The notes under the pieces were generated by a model. That model was not told where the DNA came from. It did not search any database and saw nothing but the letters and a program-made list of their open reading frames with translations. 64,000 nucleotides of DNA. It comes from Hormiphora californensis. Lineage: Eukaryota > Animalia > Ctenophora. The stretch spans positions 62,001 through 126,000 of the forward strand of contig CM035358.1 in NCBI GenBank assembly GCA_020137815.1, read 5' to 3'. Position numbers and translations under genes: made by a program. Positions 36,960 through 49,364 of this stretch are shown here, in pieces (the stretch's first letter is position 1; every line of letters begins with the position of its first letter).

Positions 36960-37230
36960 ATTAAATAAAGGGAACAAAGCCAACAGCCCACACACTACTT
37001 ATCAGTAGCTCAACAATACTGATAAAAAAGTCCTAAGTGTAAATGGTGAGCACGCCTAAAGACCGCCTAATGACAGATGGGGAGCACGGTGAACAACTCA
37101 GACGCCACACCGGGAGTCTTCAGGGGTAGGAGGGAACGCTTCAAGTCTGGTCTTCAGCCTAGATTTGAACAACTCAATGGGGTGAACAGATCTCAGGTCT
37201 AGAGGTAAAGAGTTCCATACTGTCACTAGA
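36960..37230 (-). mobile_element. 3'-terminal fragment of an L2/CR1-type LINE
   Basis: Minus frame VWNSLPLDLRSVHPIELFKSRLKTRL, a typical ORF2 C-terminus. Confidence 0.6.
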
Positions 37231-37297
37231 AACACCAAAATCCTCCTTCTGCTCAGTTAAAAATAATTAATAAATAATAAATGTATGGCACAGGATA

Positions 37298-38430
37298 TCA
37301 CTGCGCTGGCAAGCGCAAAGATGGCCTAATCCCATCCCCCTAAAAAATTTCCCGAAAAAGTGGGCCCACTTGCCAACAGCGTAGATATAATAACAATTTT
37401 GAAGTTCCTATTAGCCCATTTTGGCACTTTTCGACCCCTCCTAACTCCAGAACCGGAAGTGCTATGAAGCTGAAATTTGGTACTAAGAAGCTTCACATAG
37501 ACCTCTACTGACGGTAAAAATTTCAAGTAACTAGCTCATTCCGGTCGCAAGTTATGACACCACCCCGAAAATTTAGTGTGGCAATTAATAGGTATGTAGA
37601 ATCTACATACATTGTAGATAGATACAAGATATAATAGACGCTTCACTGTGTAACACTTGTTGCTCGAACCATACTAGCTAGAGACTTGAAACAAGTTTTA
37701 TCCGTTAAGAAATCATTTGGGGCATGCATTAGTTAGTGAAAATGTCTACTATGAAGACCGTAATGACGTCACAAAGTGACGTCATTGAAAAAATCTCAGG
37801 CAAATATTTTTAAAGGCCTCTAACACGCTCAAGACGTATTCTGATTCACTCCTGTGACTAAAAATTGTTGGTGGCAAATTGTCTGAACTTTCAGATACTA
37901 AAATAATTTGTCATTTTAGACCTTAAAACTCGTCGGAACTCAAAAATTTTATGTGAAAATCCACATAAAAACTCAAATTTCGTGCAATAACTTCAGTTCT
38001 TCACTACTACACTTTAAATCTTTTCACACGTTTAGTGCTTCATCGGCCGAATAGTCTCATAATTTTTTACGTCACGTGTGACGTAACGACGTCAAAACGA
38101 CGTCGAATTTTGAAAATTTCGTCAAATCAGGTTCCTACAACCCAAGATACATTTGAATTACATTTGAACACTTTAGTTGATAGTTAGCTGAGTTGTTTGA
38201 CAAAAAAGAGTACAAATTTAGAGCAAAAATCAATTGAAATTAGTTCGCCAGAAAGATGGCCCATTTTGGACTTACTCCTTCATTTCCGTCACCTTTGAGT
38301 TGAAGGCGGAAAAGTTTACGGATACCTCAATGTCTTTGAAGCCTCAATTCAAAGGAAACGGAAATGAAGGAGTAAGTTCAAAATGGGCCACCTTTCTGGC
38401 GAACTAATTTCAATTAGTTTTTGCTCTAAA
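37298..38430 (+). mobile_element. Non-autonomous Helitron-like element, TCACTG family
   Basis: A|TCACTGCGCTGG..GCTCTAAA|T; similar to 11599-13123; ends 5 bp from the transposase stop codon. Confidence 0.75.
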
Positions 38431-38435
38431 TTGTT

Positions 38436-40749
38436 CTATAATAAGTTATTATCTCGAAGGATTGCTTTCAGTCTTTTGTATTCATTCGTCGCATCTTCCG
38501 GTTTTATCTGTACCTGAGAAAAATACAGATCGCTATTAGAAATTGAAATAAAACAGCATTCTACGATTCTGAAATTGATGATTGACTAGTGTCTGCACCG
38601 AAAAAAAGAAATGGGGGTGTGTAACTACATAATACCTACTAAAGAATGAAATATAATTAAATAATTAAGATTGTTAACTCATTTTGTTGTTAATGTCTTA
38701 TACCAAAACCCGGAAAATGTCACGAGATCATCTACATCATGAAACATAAAGATGGGGAAAATCAAGGGTCATGACTCTACAGAGAGATAAACCGAGAGTG
38801 AGAAAGGTGGGTGAATGAAAGGATATATGTATAATAATGGGATTGACGATAATGAAGGGTGCGAGGGATTTAAAGATTTTCGCTTCAGGGTGCGAGACTT
38901 CTCAATAATGTACATTGTAATGGCATCTTATTTTAATTAGTTTTTGGATGAAATAATATCAATATACTATAATTATTTTTTACCTTCTGACGATTAAACA
39001 TGATAACTGAGGATACATTATCAGGGAAGTCCCATTCTTCCGGATCATGCAGGTGAGGTAATAACTGGTCCACATCAATAATTGATTGGTCCTGGACCTC
39101 AATCTTACATTCCTGAAAAAGTGTTGCCTAATTAAAACGATCCACTGTCTTGGGCTCATGCCTCTGTCGATTCATTATTGCATTATTTCTAAATTTAATC
39201 GATAAAACAATCTAAAACGTTTGTGGTTACCTTAAAAGGAAGTGGCGGATCAGTGTAAAGATAACACGGCATTCCACCCGGCAGACCAGCACCTCGTTGC
39301 CCTCGTATCCTTAAAAATATCAGTAATATTAAAAATGGAAATCCCAGAAAAAATTGAAGGAGGCACATACATATGTAATAACAAACGACTAACAAATACC
39401 TGTGAATGTTCCACGCAGCGACAAATTCGTCAATTGAATTCTGGACCAGTGGTATAAAGACATATGCCAAGAGATCTCTCTCCAATTGAACTTCGGGGTC
39501 ATAATCTCCATTTTCTAGGAGCCATACCAATTGTTGTTTGTACACACCTATAAACATAATGATAAAGGTACAGAGCGGTAATGAGATAACCAAGGACCCC
39601 GAACCTTGTATTATTCATACTTATATATATGCACGGGATCGGCAAAAGCATAACCTAACTCAACCATTCCAACCTTCTACAAAATATCACTATTGGTTAT
39701 CCAGAATATATTTAAACTCACCTTCAACGTCTTTAATGACATCTTTCCACAGCCTTTCGATTTTATTAGCAGTAGATGGCCCATACAGCACTGCATCTTC
39801 GTACTCCCCTCTCTCCTCTTGCATTAAGTAATTCTGAAAATATTAGCACGGAACATTATCATACTATGTACATAGTATGTATACTATAAGCAAATAGTAG
39901 GATACACAAAATTCCTGGAAATTTCCCACTATTTGCTTAGAATATAGTATGATGATGCGATTATTATTCATAAAAGAGGACCCGTGGTTTTGCTGTCGGA
40001 AGAATCCCCGTGTTTAATTCAACTGATAAATTTACTGATTTAAAAACTTCAAATGATAATACACTATTTGCTTAGTTTACTGTATACATTCGCCCGTAGT
40101 GCGAACGGGCTTACTAGTATATACTATAATACAGACATCAAATGTACAGACAGACCCCGATTTAGCGACACCCGATTTATTCCCAGGATAAATTTTTCCA
40201 GTGGGGTATTTTAGTATACATACATATAAGCATATTTATAATGTGAAACTGAACTAGTTTTTGGTGAATTACCACAATACCTGAATTGTGGCCATGTCAT
40301 CAGTTTCGGTCCCTCTATCCACCCTGAGGTGTTCTGGTATGAATTTTAATCGGGCCACGAGATCCAGATATATGTATCCTATGCCAGCTGGTTTCTTGTT
40401 GCTCCTTAATACTTTCATCAACATTATCTTACGACTAAACGTGTCCAATATTCTTGCAAAGGAAGTTCTATTTTAGTTATAATAATAATGAAAATATAGT
40501 ATATAGTGATATTATAATTTACATATATAAATTATAATATCACTGCGCTGGCAGGCGCAAAGGTTGCTATCCCCTTGGTCATATAGATAGTAACAATGAT
40601 ATTACTACATCAGTATGACGTTGTCACATCGTGACGTCACGTTATGACGTCAAAAATGTAAGGGTGAATTGAAATACTGCATTCTGGCACACGCAGCTGG
40701 GGGAGGGGATGGTCACCTTTGCGCTTGTCAGCGCAGTGATATATACATA

Positions 40750-40786
<37 letters not shown>

Positions 40787-41553
40787 AAAAACTCTCTAAC
40801 CTATATATATATATAGGTTAGAGAGTTGTTTTTTCTTTTAGGACGTCAAATTTTATCATGAAATATGCAGGACTAACCCGTAAATATGCACATCGAACAT
40901 GGCTCCAAAGAGGCCGGCTAATTTATCATGACCATCACAGGACCAAACGAAGTTTGGTCCCTTTGACGTAAACACTCCCTTCGTTTTCTTCTTCTTCATG
41001 CAAGGTTCTCGTTCTGCAGTACCAATGGGGTCAACCACAGCTAGTGCGGCTCTCACTTGTTGAGCCGGAACACGTATATCTTCAACCCGCAGTCGTGCCG
41101 TCATCGCTCTGTAGCCTATTCGGTTAGACCCCTCACCACATGTTTTCCGTATGATATTTTTAACAGATTCTTCCAAATTGTCTTGATCCTCAAGTCTCCA
41201 CTTCTGTGGTTTAAAGTAGCTTATCATCCTGCGTGACAGAGGGAGTACAATTGTGTAATGTGTGTATATAACAATGTTTTTCGGGGTAACTAGGAGGTGG
41301 GGCATTACTCATTCCCAGTACTGCACTGACCGAAGGGCAAATGGGCCTACTACTTATTATATTTACATTCGATGACTAATGTTCTTAGATAAAAATTTAA
41401 TCACCTTTTTAACGTCGCCAATGACCATGGATGTTCCGGAAAATCCTGCCGTCCCAAATTTAGCATCTCGGTCCGAGTTAGCCTTACGGCTGACCATTTT
41501 TCCAAGTGTATTGCCAACTCGTGGTCCGATTTCCACGTTGCTTCGTTTGCCAT
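38436..41553 (-). CDS. DDE integrase-core transposase (IS3EU-like), 8 exons, ~405 aa
   Basis: Exons 41553-41405, 41228-40878, 40452-40281, 39833-39722, 39547-39400, 39309-39231, 39112-38984, 38513-38436; all GT-AG and phase-compatible (1218 nt). Motifs WSLATLKR, GYRAM, GPNFVWSCDGHDKL, ILDTFSRK, RVDRGTE, GPSTANKIERLW, WNIHRIR. Confidence 0.9.
39859..40117 (+). mobile_element. Short Helitron in a transposase intron
   Basis: A|TCATACTAT start; TTCGCCCGTAGTGCGAA hairpin, CTAG|T end. Confidence 0.7.
40540..40739. mobile_element. 200-bp element bounded by two inverted TCACTG-family 5' ends
   Basis: TCACTGCGCTGGCAGGCGCAAAGGT..ACCTTTGCGCTTGTCAGCGCAGTGA. Confidence 0.65.
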
Positions 41554-42290
41554 TCTTCAATTAAATAATGATTGTATAAATCTCGTCAACTGATCAGTTA
41601 ACAAGCAAGATTCCGTTTGGGAGCTTGGTTTGCAGCTGGAGGCAAACGAAAGTTACCAAAAGGTTGTAAAGTACGCTCAAATTCCTCTCCTTGGGCTAAC
41701 TCCGTATTGAGTAGCCTCCGAGGGAGCAGCTAAGGGCATGATCAGCCGGGTGCCCGGACCTCTGCCGGATACTCGAGTGCACTGTGCACTGTGCAGTGCA
41801 CCCGTAAACACACATGACCAGGGTGAACCCACCCAAAAAATTTCAGTGCACACAAATGTTTTTATTCTTCTTGTAATCAGGAAATTTTCATTTCCCTCTA
41901 TTTTTCTCTCTCAAAAGGGGTTCAGAAATGCTTAAAATCGGTTAAAAACGCCTCAGAAACCTCCGTGCCTCATTTGGACTTTGTACACTTCTGGATTGGA
42001 TACTCCTAGTATCCAGAGAGGGGGAGGCTCTGTGAGGAGCTGACACCGGTACAGCATCTGTACGAAGACAATCACAAGATTACAAGAGCAAAAGCAGCGA
42101 AAATTGATCCCACATCTTAAATTTCTTCCTTCGCGTGTGGCTCTAAACCCAGGGTGACTGCCAACTCTTAGGAGTTCAGAGCTTAGTTTTATATCTCTCG
42201 CGAGGCGGACGGAGTTGGCAAACGCTGCTGGAGGGATAAGGCAGCACTTCAAGGGCGCCGTTACGATCTGGGTGTTTGGAGGCCTGTTAA

Positions 42291-42672
42291 CAAGTGCGCG
42301 CTGCCCAAAAAGTTGATTCACTAAAATGGCTCTAACCGCCAAACCACTCAACCCTTTTGGCTAATTCAAAGTTTATATGGTAGGGAATTTCAAGGCCTAA
42401 CCCCAACCTAAACCCCAACCCTAACCCTACTTAACTAGCCCTAACCCTAAAAACCGTTTGTCAGCACTCCCATAACACCTAGATTTTAACGCTGTTTTGG
42501 GAATGTTTACAAACGGTTTTTTAGGGTTAAGGCTAATTAAGTAGGGTTAGGGTTTGGGTTGGGGTTAGGCCTTGACATTCCCTACCATAAACTTTGAATC
42601 AGCCAAAACGGTTGAGTGGTTTGGCGGTTATAGGTATTTTAGTGAATCAACTTTTTTGGCAGCACGTACCTG
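42291..42672. mobile_element. Palindromic MITE with telomere-like CCCTAA/TTAGGG motifs
   Basis: Arms ~42300-42480 vs ~42495-42665; TAA on both flanks. Confidence 0.6.
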
Positions 42673-43552
42673 TAAGGCACCAGTTAGAGATTCCCAGGCA
42701 TCAGTTCCCAAGCTCGGCAGTTCCCAAGCTCGGGAAGCAAGTGAGTGCTGACGGTGCGCGTGAGTACTACTTTCCATTCAGTTTACGTGACGCGCAGCAA
42801 TGTCACATGGTTCACACAGAACCATCTGCGTGCCCGGGCATCATGATGGCCGGGCATGCAGGAACGCGCCGTGCCCTGATGCCTGGGAGCGTCCCCCGGA
42901 TATCAGGGTAGCAATCTGTAACTTGAACATAAACAGGCTTTTCTAAAGTCCATTTTTTTTCAACTGTTCACCCAACGGCGCCCCACTTCAACGGAGTATT
43001 TTTGTAAATTTGTATTTTTCGAGAAAGTGATGCGCGCTCAGAATGCGGCGCTTTGATCAGAAAATTTCGCCGCCTACGTCTGAAATACAAAAGACGCAGC
43101 GCAGAATTTGATAAAAACTTGAGCCGATTTTTTGTAATGATTTTTTGTTATGATATTTTCAAGGTAAAAAGTTGGACTTTTTGTTGGCATGCGCTGCAGG
43201 CTCCAAAGTCCAAGTGCGCACGTTTTCCACGGCTTCTAATTTAATTGGGGACTGTAGCATAGGCCAAGATTTTTTGGCATGCACTGCAGACCCCAAATGC
43301 GTGCGTTTTCCACGGCTTTGGGGGCTACAGGTGCCTTTCATTGCTTAGGGCTATCGATTCTCTATCAGTTACCGTTTAGTTTACTCAAACTGTCCATGTG
43401 GTTGCGTGGCTATAGCCGTTTGAAGGCACCCAGATTATAATCGCGCCCTTTTTTAAGTCGGACTCCCGAGACCTTCCCGACATTCCCAGGACAGAATGAG
43501 TTCTTTATCTTATCTTATTATTGATTTTTACTTGTTGTAGGAAATTTAAAGC

Positions 43553-43887
43553 ATGAAGACTGTGCAGTTTACAAGAGTTACTGTCAAAGATTGGAACTAC
43601 AAAAGAGCAGGTAAGTCCCACTTCAGCTCAGTTTAGGGTTTAGAGTGTATTTAAACAGCTCTGTCTACTGCAGGGCTGTCTCCAGCCCGATATTTCTGGC
43701 GGTGCAGTGGCCGAAGGCCACTGTTCCCTAATAGTAGCATAGGGGGGGTTGGGGGGCCCAGCCCCCTAACCGGGGGTCTGGGGGTTTGGGGGGGGGGGGG
43801 GGGGGGGGGGTGGGGCGAAGCCCGTAAATTTTAGGGTTTTTAATCATTTGTGACGTCTACTTTCTAGACTTATGAATGCCACAAAAT

Positions 43888-43980
<93 letters not shown>

Positions 43981-46725
43981 AGTGATGTTCACTAGGTGAT
44001 CTTTCCAAAATTTTACTAAAAATTTTGTATTTTTGGGGTGGTTTCCCAATCCAAATGGTCTCAGACAGTCTTCGCTGCCAAGAATTTGGGGGGCGGGTGC
44101 GCACTGTGCACCCCCTGCACCACCACCTGGAGCCAGCCCTGGTCTACCGTTACTACAAGATGAAAGATTTGTCTAATTAATTAAATTATTTGGGAATTCA
44201 CCCAAACTAAAGTCTAAAAAGTACAGATAATACATGCTGCATTTTTCCTGTCTCAAAAGACTCCTTTATTGCTAGGCTAATTCCTCGATCTTCAGATGTT
44301 ATACAGACGGTGAACTTAGGGGATGGTGCGGGGATAGCTGAACTGAAGGAGGCAGCAGCAACGCACTTCAATGTTGCAGTAGAGGAGGTCACCCTCGCTA
44401 AATCCCTATCCGGTAAATGAGGGAAAACTTTTTCGCTTATTTTTCCACCTTCCATTTATCTACCACGTGTCTTCGCAAATTAACTAAATGCTCTACCCCC
44501 ATCTTCATTCTCCCAGGGAAGGAATTAAGCGAGGAGGATATGAAGCAGAAGAAGGTATGCTGTTATGTTCACATTCGAGGAATGTGAGGGGCAGAAATGG
44601 ACAATATTTATTCCACTAAAACCGGCAACCACTCCCCGGCCCCACTCGCTCTGTTACCCACCCGCTCATCCCTATTGCTCCTCTCAACCCCGGTTCTGGT
44701 AATTCTTCGTCTCGCCCGCTGTTCTAGCCTTCTCGACCCTCTCCCTGGAGCCCTCCATTGCTTCTCATAGTATCGCATCTCTCTGCTACTATGCGACCCT
44801 TTTCTCTGGCTCCCTTAATCTCACCTACCCGCTTCTGCGCCTAGATGGAGTCCTCACTTCCACTATCTTGAGCCATTTCACCCCATCTCTTCGTTGGCCC
44901 ACCGTTAGACAGATTCCCTCAATAATCCCCCGCCTTTGTCTTATCACACTCCCGTCTCTACTTATCTGATAGACCTCAGTTTCTTCCTCGTCGCTCCCCA
45001 GCCTAGTTTCAACCAGCACCCAGCTGTTCTCGTGCCCACTGTTTCATCTACCTAGCTAGTATCTTGGTTCAACCCCAATACGTCACCCTCCCCTTTCTTC
45101 TGGTTATCCTGGTATCTCCGCAGAAACTGTGGATCCCCTACTAGTCCTGATCCAGTCCCACCGTCTCACTGCTTCCTCCCCATCTATCTCTCTATTGTGT
45201 GGGTTTTATTTAGGCATTTCTTATTTTGTGTCTAGTGAGGTAGACAAAAGAGACATGATAGGCCAGTCATATGATGTCGAAAGTAGATCAAAAATCGGCA
45301 TAAAAGTTGTAAATCTAATTCCACTTCTATGACACTCTAATAGGTCCCTAGAACCACCAAAAAAATTCACCGCACCTTACGCGGTGGAGAACTTGACTTA
45401 ATTGGGCCTAATTGGTTACAGGGTACTTTCAGCCTGAAGCCAACACCGTAAATGCCCTTAGAGTAGGAGTAGAGAAAAAACCAAGGGCACTAAAGTGATC
45501 AGCGCCCTCACATTAGTGGGGGTAGGTGCTGGAATTAAGTCTCTATCTCATCTCGTTAATTAGATAATTGGATAATTAGATGCGTACATAGCCGTTTTAT
45601 GGTTATACGGTAAAAACCATCTTAGGAAACGAGTAGAGAAAAACCAAGGGCACTAAAGTGTTCAGCGACCTCACATTAGTGGGGGTAGGTGCTGGAATTA
45701 AGTCTCTATCTCATCTGGTTAATTAGATAATTGGTTAATTAGATGCACACATAGCCGTTTTTGGCCATATGGCTATAGCCACTTAGGAGTGGCATAGAGA
45801 CTTTTCACAGGCGCCATTTTGTAGGCAATGGCCAAGTTATGGGGGGTATACGTCGGACTTTTAAGCTCTATCTTCAACCGTTTAGCCGTTATCAGGCTTT
45901 AAAGGTGATCAAAATCGGGCTTTATACCGTTTTTTGCTCATTTTGAGCGTCTAAAGCCTAATAACGGCTAAACGGTTGGAGATAGAGCTTAAAAGTCCGA
46001 CGTAGACCCCCCATAACTTGGCCATTGCCTACAAAATGGCGCCTGTGAAAAGTCTCTACGCCACTTCTAAGTGGCTATAGCCATATGGCCAAAAACGGCA
46101 ATGTGTGCATCTAATTAACCAATTATCTAATTAGCCAGATGAGATAGAGACTTAATTCCAGCACCTACCCCCACTAATGTGAGGGCGCTGATCACTTTAG
46201 TGCCCTTGGTTTTTTCTCTACTCGTTTCCTAAGATGGTTTTTACCGTATAACCATAAAACGGCTATGTGCGCATCTAATTATCCAATTATCTAATTAACG
46301 AGATGAGATAGAGACTTAATTCCAGCACCTACCCCCACTAATGTGAGGGCGCTGATCACTTTAGTGCCCTTGGTTTTTTCTCTACTCCTACTCTAAGGGC
46401 ATTTACGGTGTTGGCTCCAGGCTGAAAGTACCCTGTAACCAATTAGGCCCAATTAAGTCAAGTTCTCCACCGCGTAGAGTGCGGTGAATTTTTTTGGTGG
46501 TTCTAGGGACCTATTAGAGTGTCATAGAAGTGGAATTAGATTTACAACTTTTACGCCGAGAAAAAACGTCATATGACTGGCCTATGAATCTTGGTGGAAA
46601 TGAAAGGATTCCTAGATTTGAAGTGAGATGGAACATGAACTATGAACTTCAAGGATCTCTCTCTTTACCTATCCATTTCTTCGCACGTGTCTTCGCTAAA
46701 CCGATGACACCAACCAGTAGGAGTG

Positions 46726-46789
<64 letters not shown>

Positions 46790-48783
46790 TAGAAGGAGTG
46801 ATAACATGTATCTAGATCTGTTACGAGATTGAAGTATAGCCCCTCAGAAATCCGACTTGAAGGCGATGCCTTGTTGAATGTTGGTCAATCGAATAAAGAG
46901 TGATGCCCCTGTTTTATCCTTTGTTTTTCAGAGAACTGTCAGAGCCCAATTAACATAAATTACATTAAAAGACATTCAAATTTATTTTAACCTTTATGTA
47001 CTGATTACACTTATTATATTATATATTCCGTATTAATGGGCCCGGTCAACCCGGTTTTTCAAAAAAATGTATTTTGCTGCTCGTGCGGGTTGGTGCAGCG
47101 GGTGAGAGGGGAGCTCATGGGTGAGGGAGATCAACGGGCTTTCTAGTTTCTATAAATTGCACAAAGAATTCAATAATAATTTATTGTTTAGTAGGCGATG
47201 AGTAAGAAGAAAGCTGGTATCAAGGAGTTGCGACGTTTTACCGTTGATAAGAGAGCGAACCAGTCCAAGGAACATGATGTACATGCTATCGAAGTTATAC
47301 AAAAGGCTGAGGACCGTTTAAAATCTATATCTTTAATAAAGAAAGTAACTGTTGATTGCAGAAGTAAGTTTACATTGTTTTAGCTGTAATATTTTGGTCT
47401 TCTGCTTTTGTCCTACAACTAGCGGTTGTACAGTGGACACAGTCATAAACAGACAAGTTTTCTTAATTTATAGATCTGTTGTTTATCTGTTTATCACTAA
47501 ACCACCACTCTCACTTCTCAGGTTTCGACATATTTGCAGCTGGGATGAGAGATGCACTCGATAAAGAGGTGAAACTCTTTAAGAACCTGAAAGGACTGCA
47601 GTATGATGAAAAGGAAACAGCGATGATAAAAGACGGTAAAAATTATTTATATTTATGGAAATAAATAAAGGTTTTAACTCTCAAAATTTCCCCTGGGTGC
47701 GGCGCGGCGCTGGAAAGCGCCCTGTTTTGAATATTTTTTTACAAAATCTCTGAAAAAATACTTCAAACTCCTGATAAATCGAAAAAATATGATTAAAGAA
47801 AAGTTTTATGTATCTTGTCAACCTTTAAAATCTTTTTTTTCTCAGGTTCTACCGTTTACTACCTTGTAGAGAAAGCAGGAATCAAGAGCACTCGATCGCG
47901 GTCACCGATTCAACCACGACCGTCGCTGCTGCCACCACCGTCGCTGCTACCAGTTTTGTCCACATCCAACCACCGTGTACCAATACCAGCCTCCAAACCG
48001 CCTGCTCTGTCAAAGTTGCCCCCAATAGACAAACCAGTCACTGCAAAGGAACTGATATCAGCTGGAAAGGGAGCAGAGGGTACGCAGCTTAGCCTGCTCA
48101 GCTGGGATAGGGATGCCGGAACATTTTTCAAAGCCTGGGAAATGAGCGTTGAAAACGCCGGGGAAGCGGGACGTGGGGGGTTTCGGGTGGCTACGAAGGT
48201 AACAGTTGTGGGCAGCGAGGTCCCCAGACATGTAATAAAACGTTATCATGACATTGGGAGACAGGGCCTCCAGAACCGCCAACGGAACGAGGCCGAGACG
48301 ATCAGAAGAGATGTTCGGACTGAGACATTGATAAAAAAGCTAGTAGAACAATTTTCGGGACGCATCGGGGAACAAATGAACTATGTACAAGTTTGGCTCG
48401 GAGAGTATGGCTCGGAGAGAGAAACGGTACAGGTGGAGCCGTATGTGAAAGGAATCGCATGGAAGGTAGTGGGCAATGACGGCCTGTTCGAAGGTAGTGG
48501 GGTTCCGTCATGCCCTTACCGAATGGACATGATAGAGGCATTTGTCCATTGGACATACGGCCACACCAACAAGGCTATGATTGTTGTGGACATTCAAGGG
48601 GTAGATGATACCCTCCTCGATCTATGTATTGCCAGTTCGGAGGCCCAATTTGGGTTAGGCAACTTTAATGTGGCGGCAATCAACAACTTCTTCGCTTGGC
48701 ATCGATGTACTGATATGTGCCATTTCCTGGGGGTCAATGATATTAGACCCCACTCCATTCCACCGTCAGTGGAGTATGCTTAA
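43553..48783 (+). CDS. Alpha-kinase (eEF2K/MHCK/TRPM7-type) with possible N-terminal ubiquitin-like segments, 6 exons, ~477 aa
   Basis: Exons 43553-43610, 44296-44412, 44517-44554, 47195-47363, 47522-47635, 47846-48783, all phase-compatible. Kinase motifs GRGGFR, VIK, VEPY, NDG, AFVHWTY, VVDIQG, LLD, FGLGN, HRCTDMC. Kinase exon is secure; 5' exons are less certain and extra exons in the 2.6-kb intron are possible. Confidence 0.8.
43671..44141. mobile_element. hAT-type MITE
   Basis: GTCTACTG|CAGGGCTG..CAGCCCTG|GTCTACCG, 8-bp TSD matching at 7/8. Confidence 0.75.
45259..46584. mobile_element. 1.3-kb foldback element, Academ-like ends
   Basis: TGA|TAGGCCAGTCATATGA..TCATATGACTGGCCTA|TGA; 3-bp TSD, TAG..CTA termini; arms ~45300-45900 vs ~45955-46555. 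Confidence 0.75.
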
Positions 48784-48826
48784 TTTTAACACTAATTTTA
48801 ACTAACAATGAGCAATACATATAATA

Positions 48827-49080
48827 CAGTCGGACCCCGATTTAGTGGCATCCTCAGGGGGGAAATCCTGCCACTAAATCGGGGTGCAGAGTTGGATCTA
48901 CCGGGGGTGGGGGGTGCACAGTGTGCACTGCACACCCCCCCCCCACTTTTTTAGGAAAAAGTGTTAGAAAAACATTGCTCACAAATCTCAAAATAGGTCA
49001 AAATCCCCCAATCATTTCGACCTGGATCCACCCTGTCGGGGTGCCACTAAATCGGGGGCCACTAAATCGGGGTCCGACTG
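48827..49080. mobile_element. pogo-like MITE containing a hAT-type MITE (48887-49035)
   Basis: TA|CAGTCGGACC..GGTCCGACTG|TA; inner CAG..CTG flanked by an 8-bp TCGGGGTG duplication. Confidence 0.8.
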
Positions 49081-49218
49081 TATATATGTATATATATATT
49101 TATTGCAATAATTTATAATACTAATGGACACTGTGATAATGGACACCTGTAAAAGAATGAAATTCTACATGATTGATTTTTATATACATTTATATGCCAA
49201 TTTGATTATTTTTAAACG

Positions 49219-49364
<146 letters not shown>

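Noticed and set aside
42400-42570. Telomere or chromosome fusion site
   Set aside because: Only a few degenerate CCCTAA units, lying within MITE arms.
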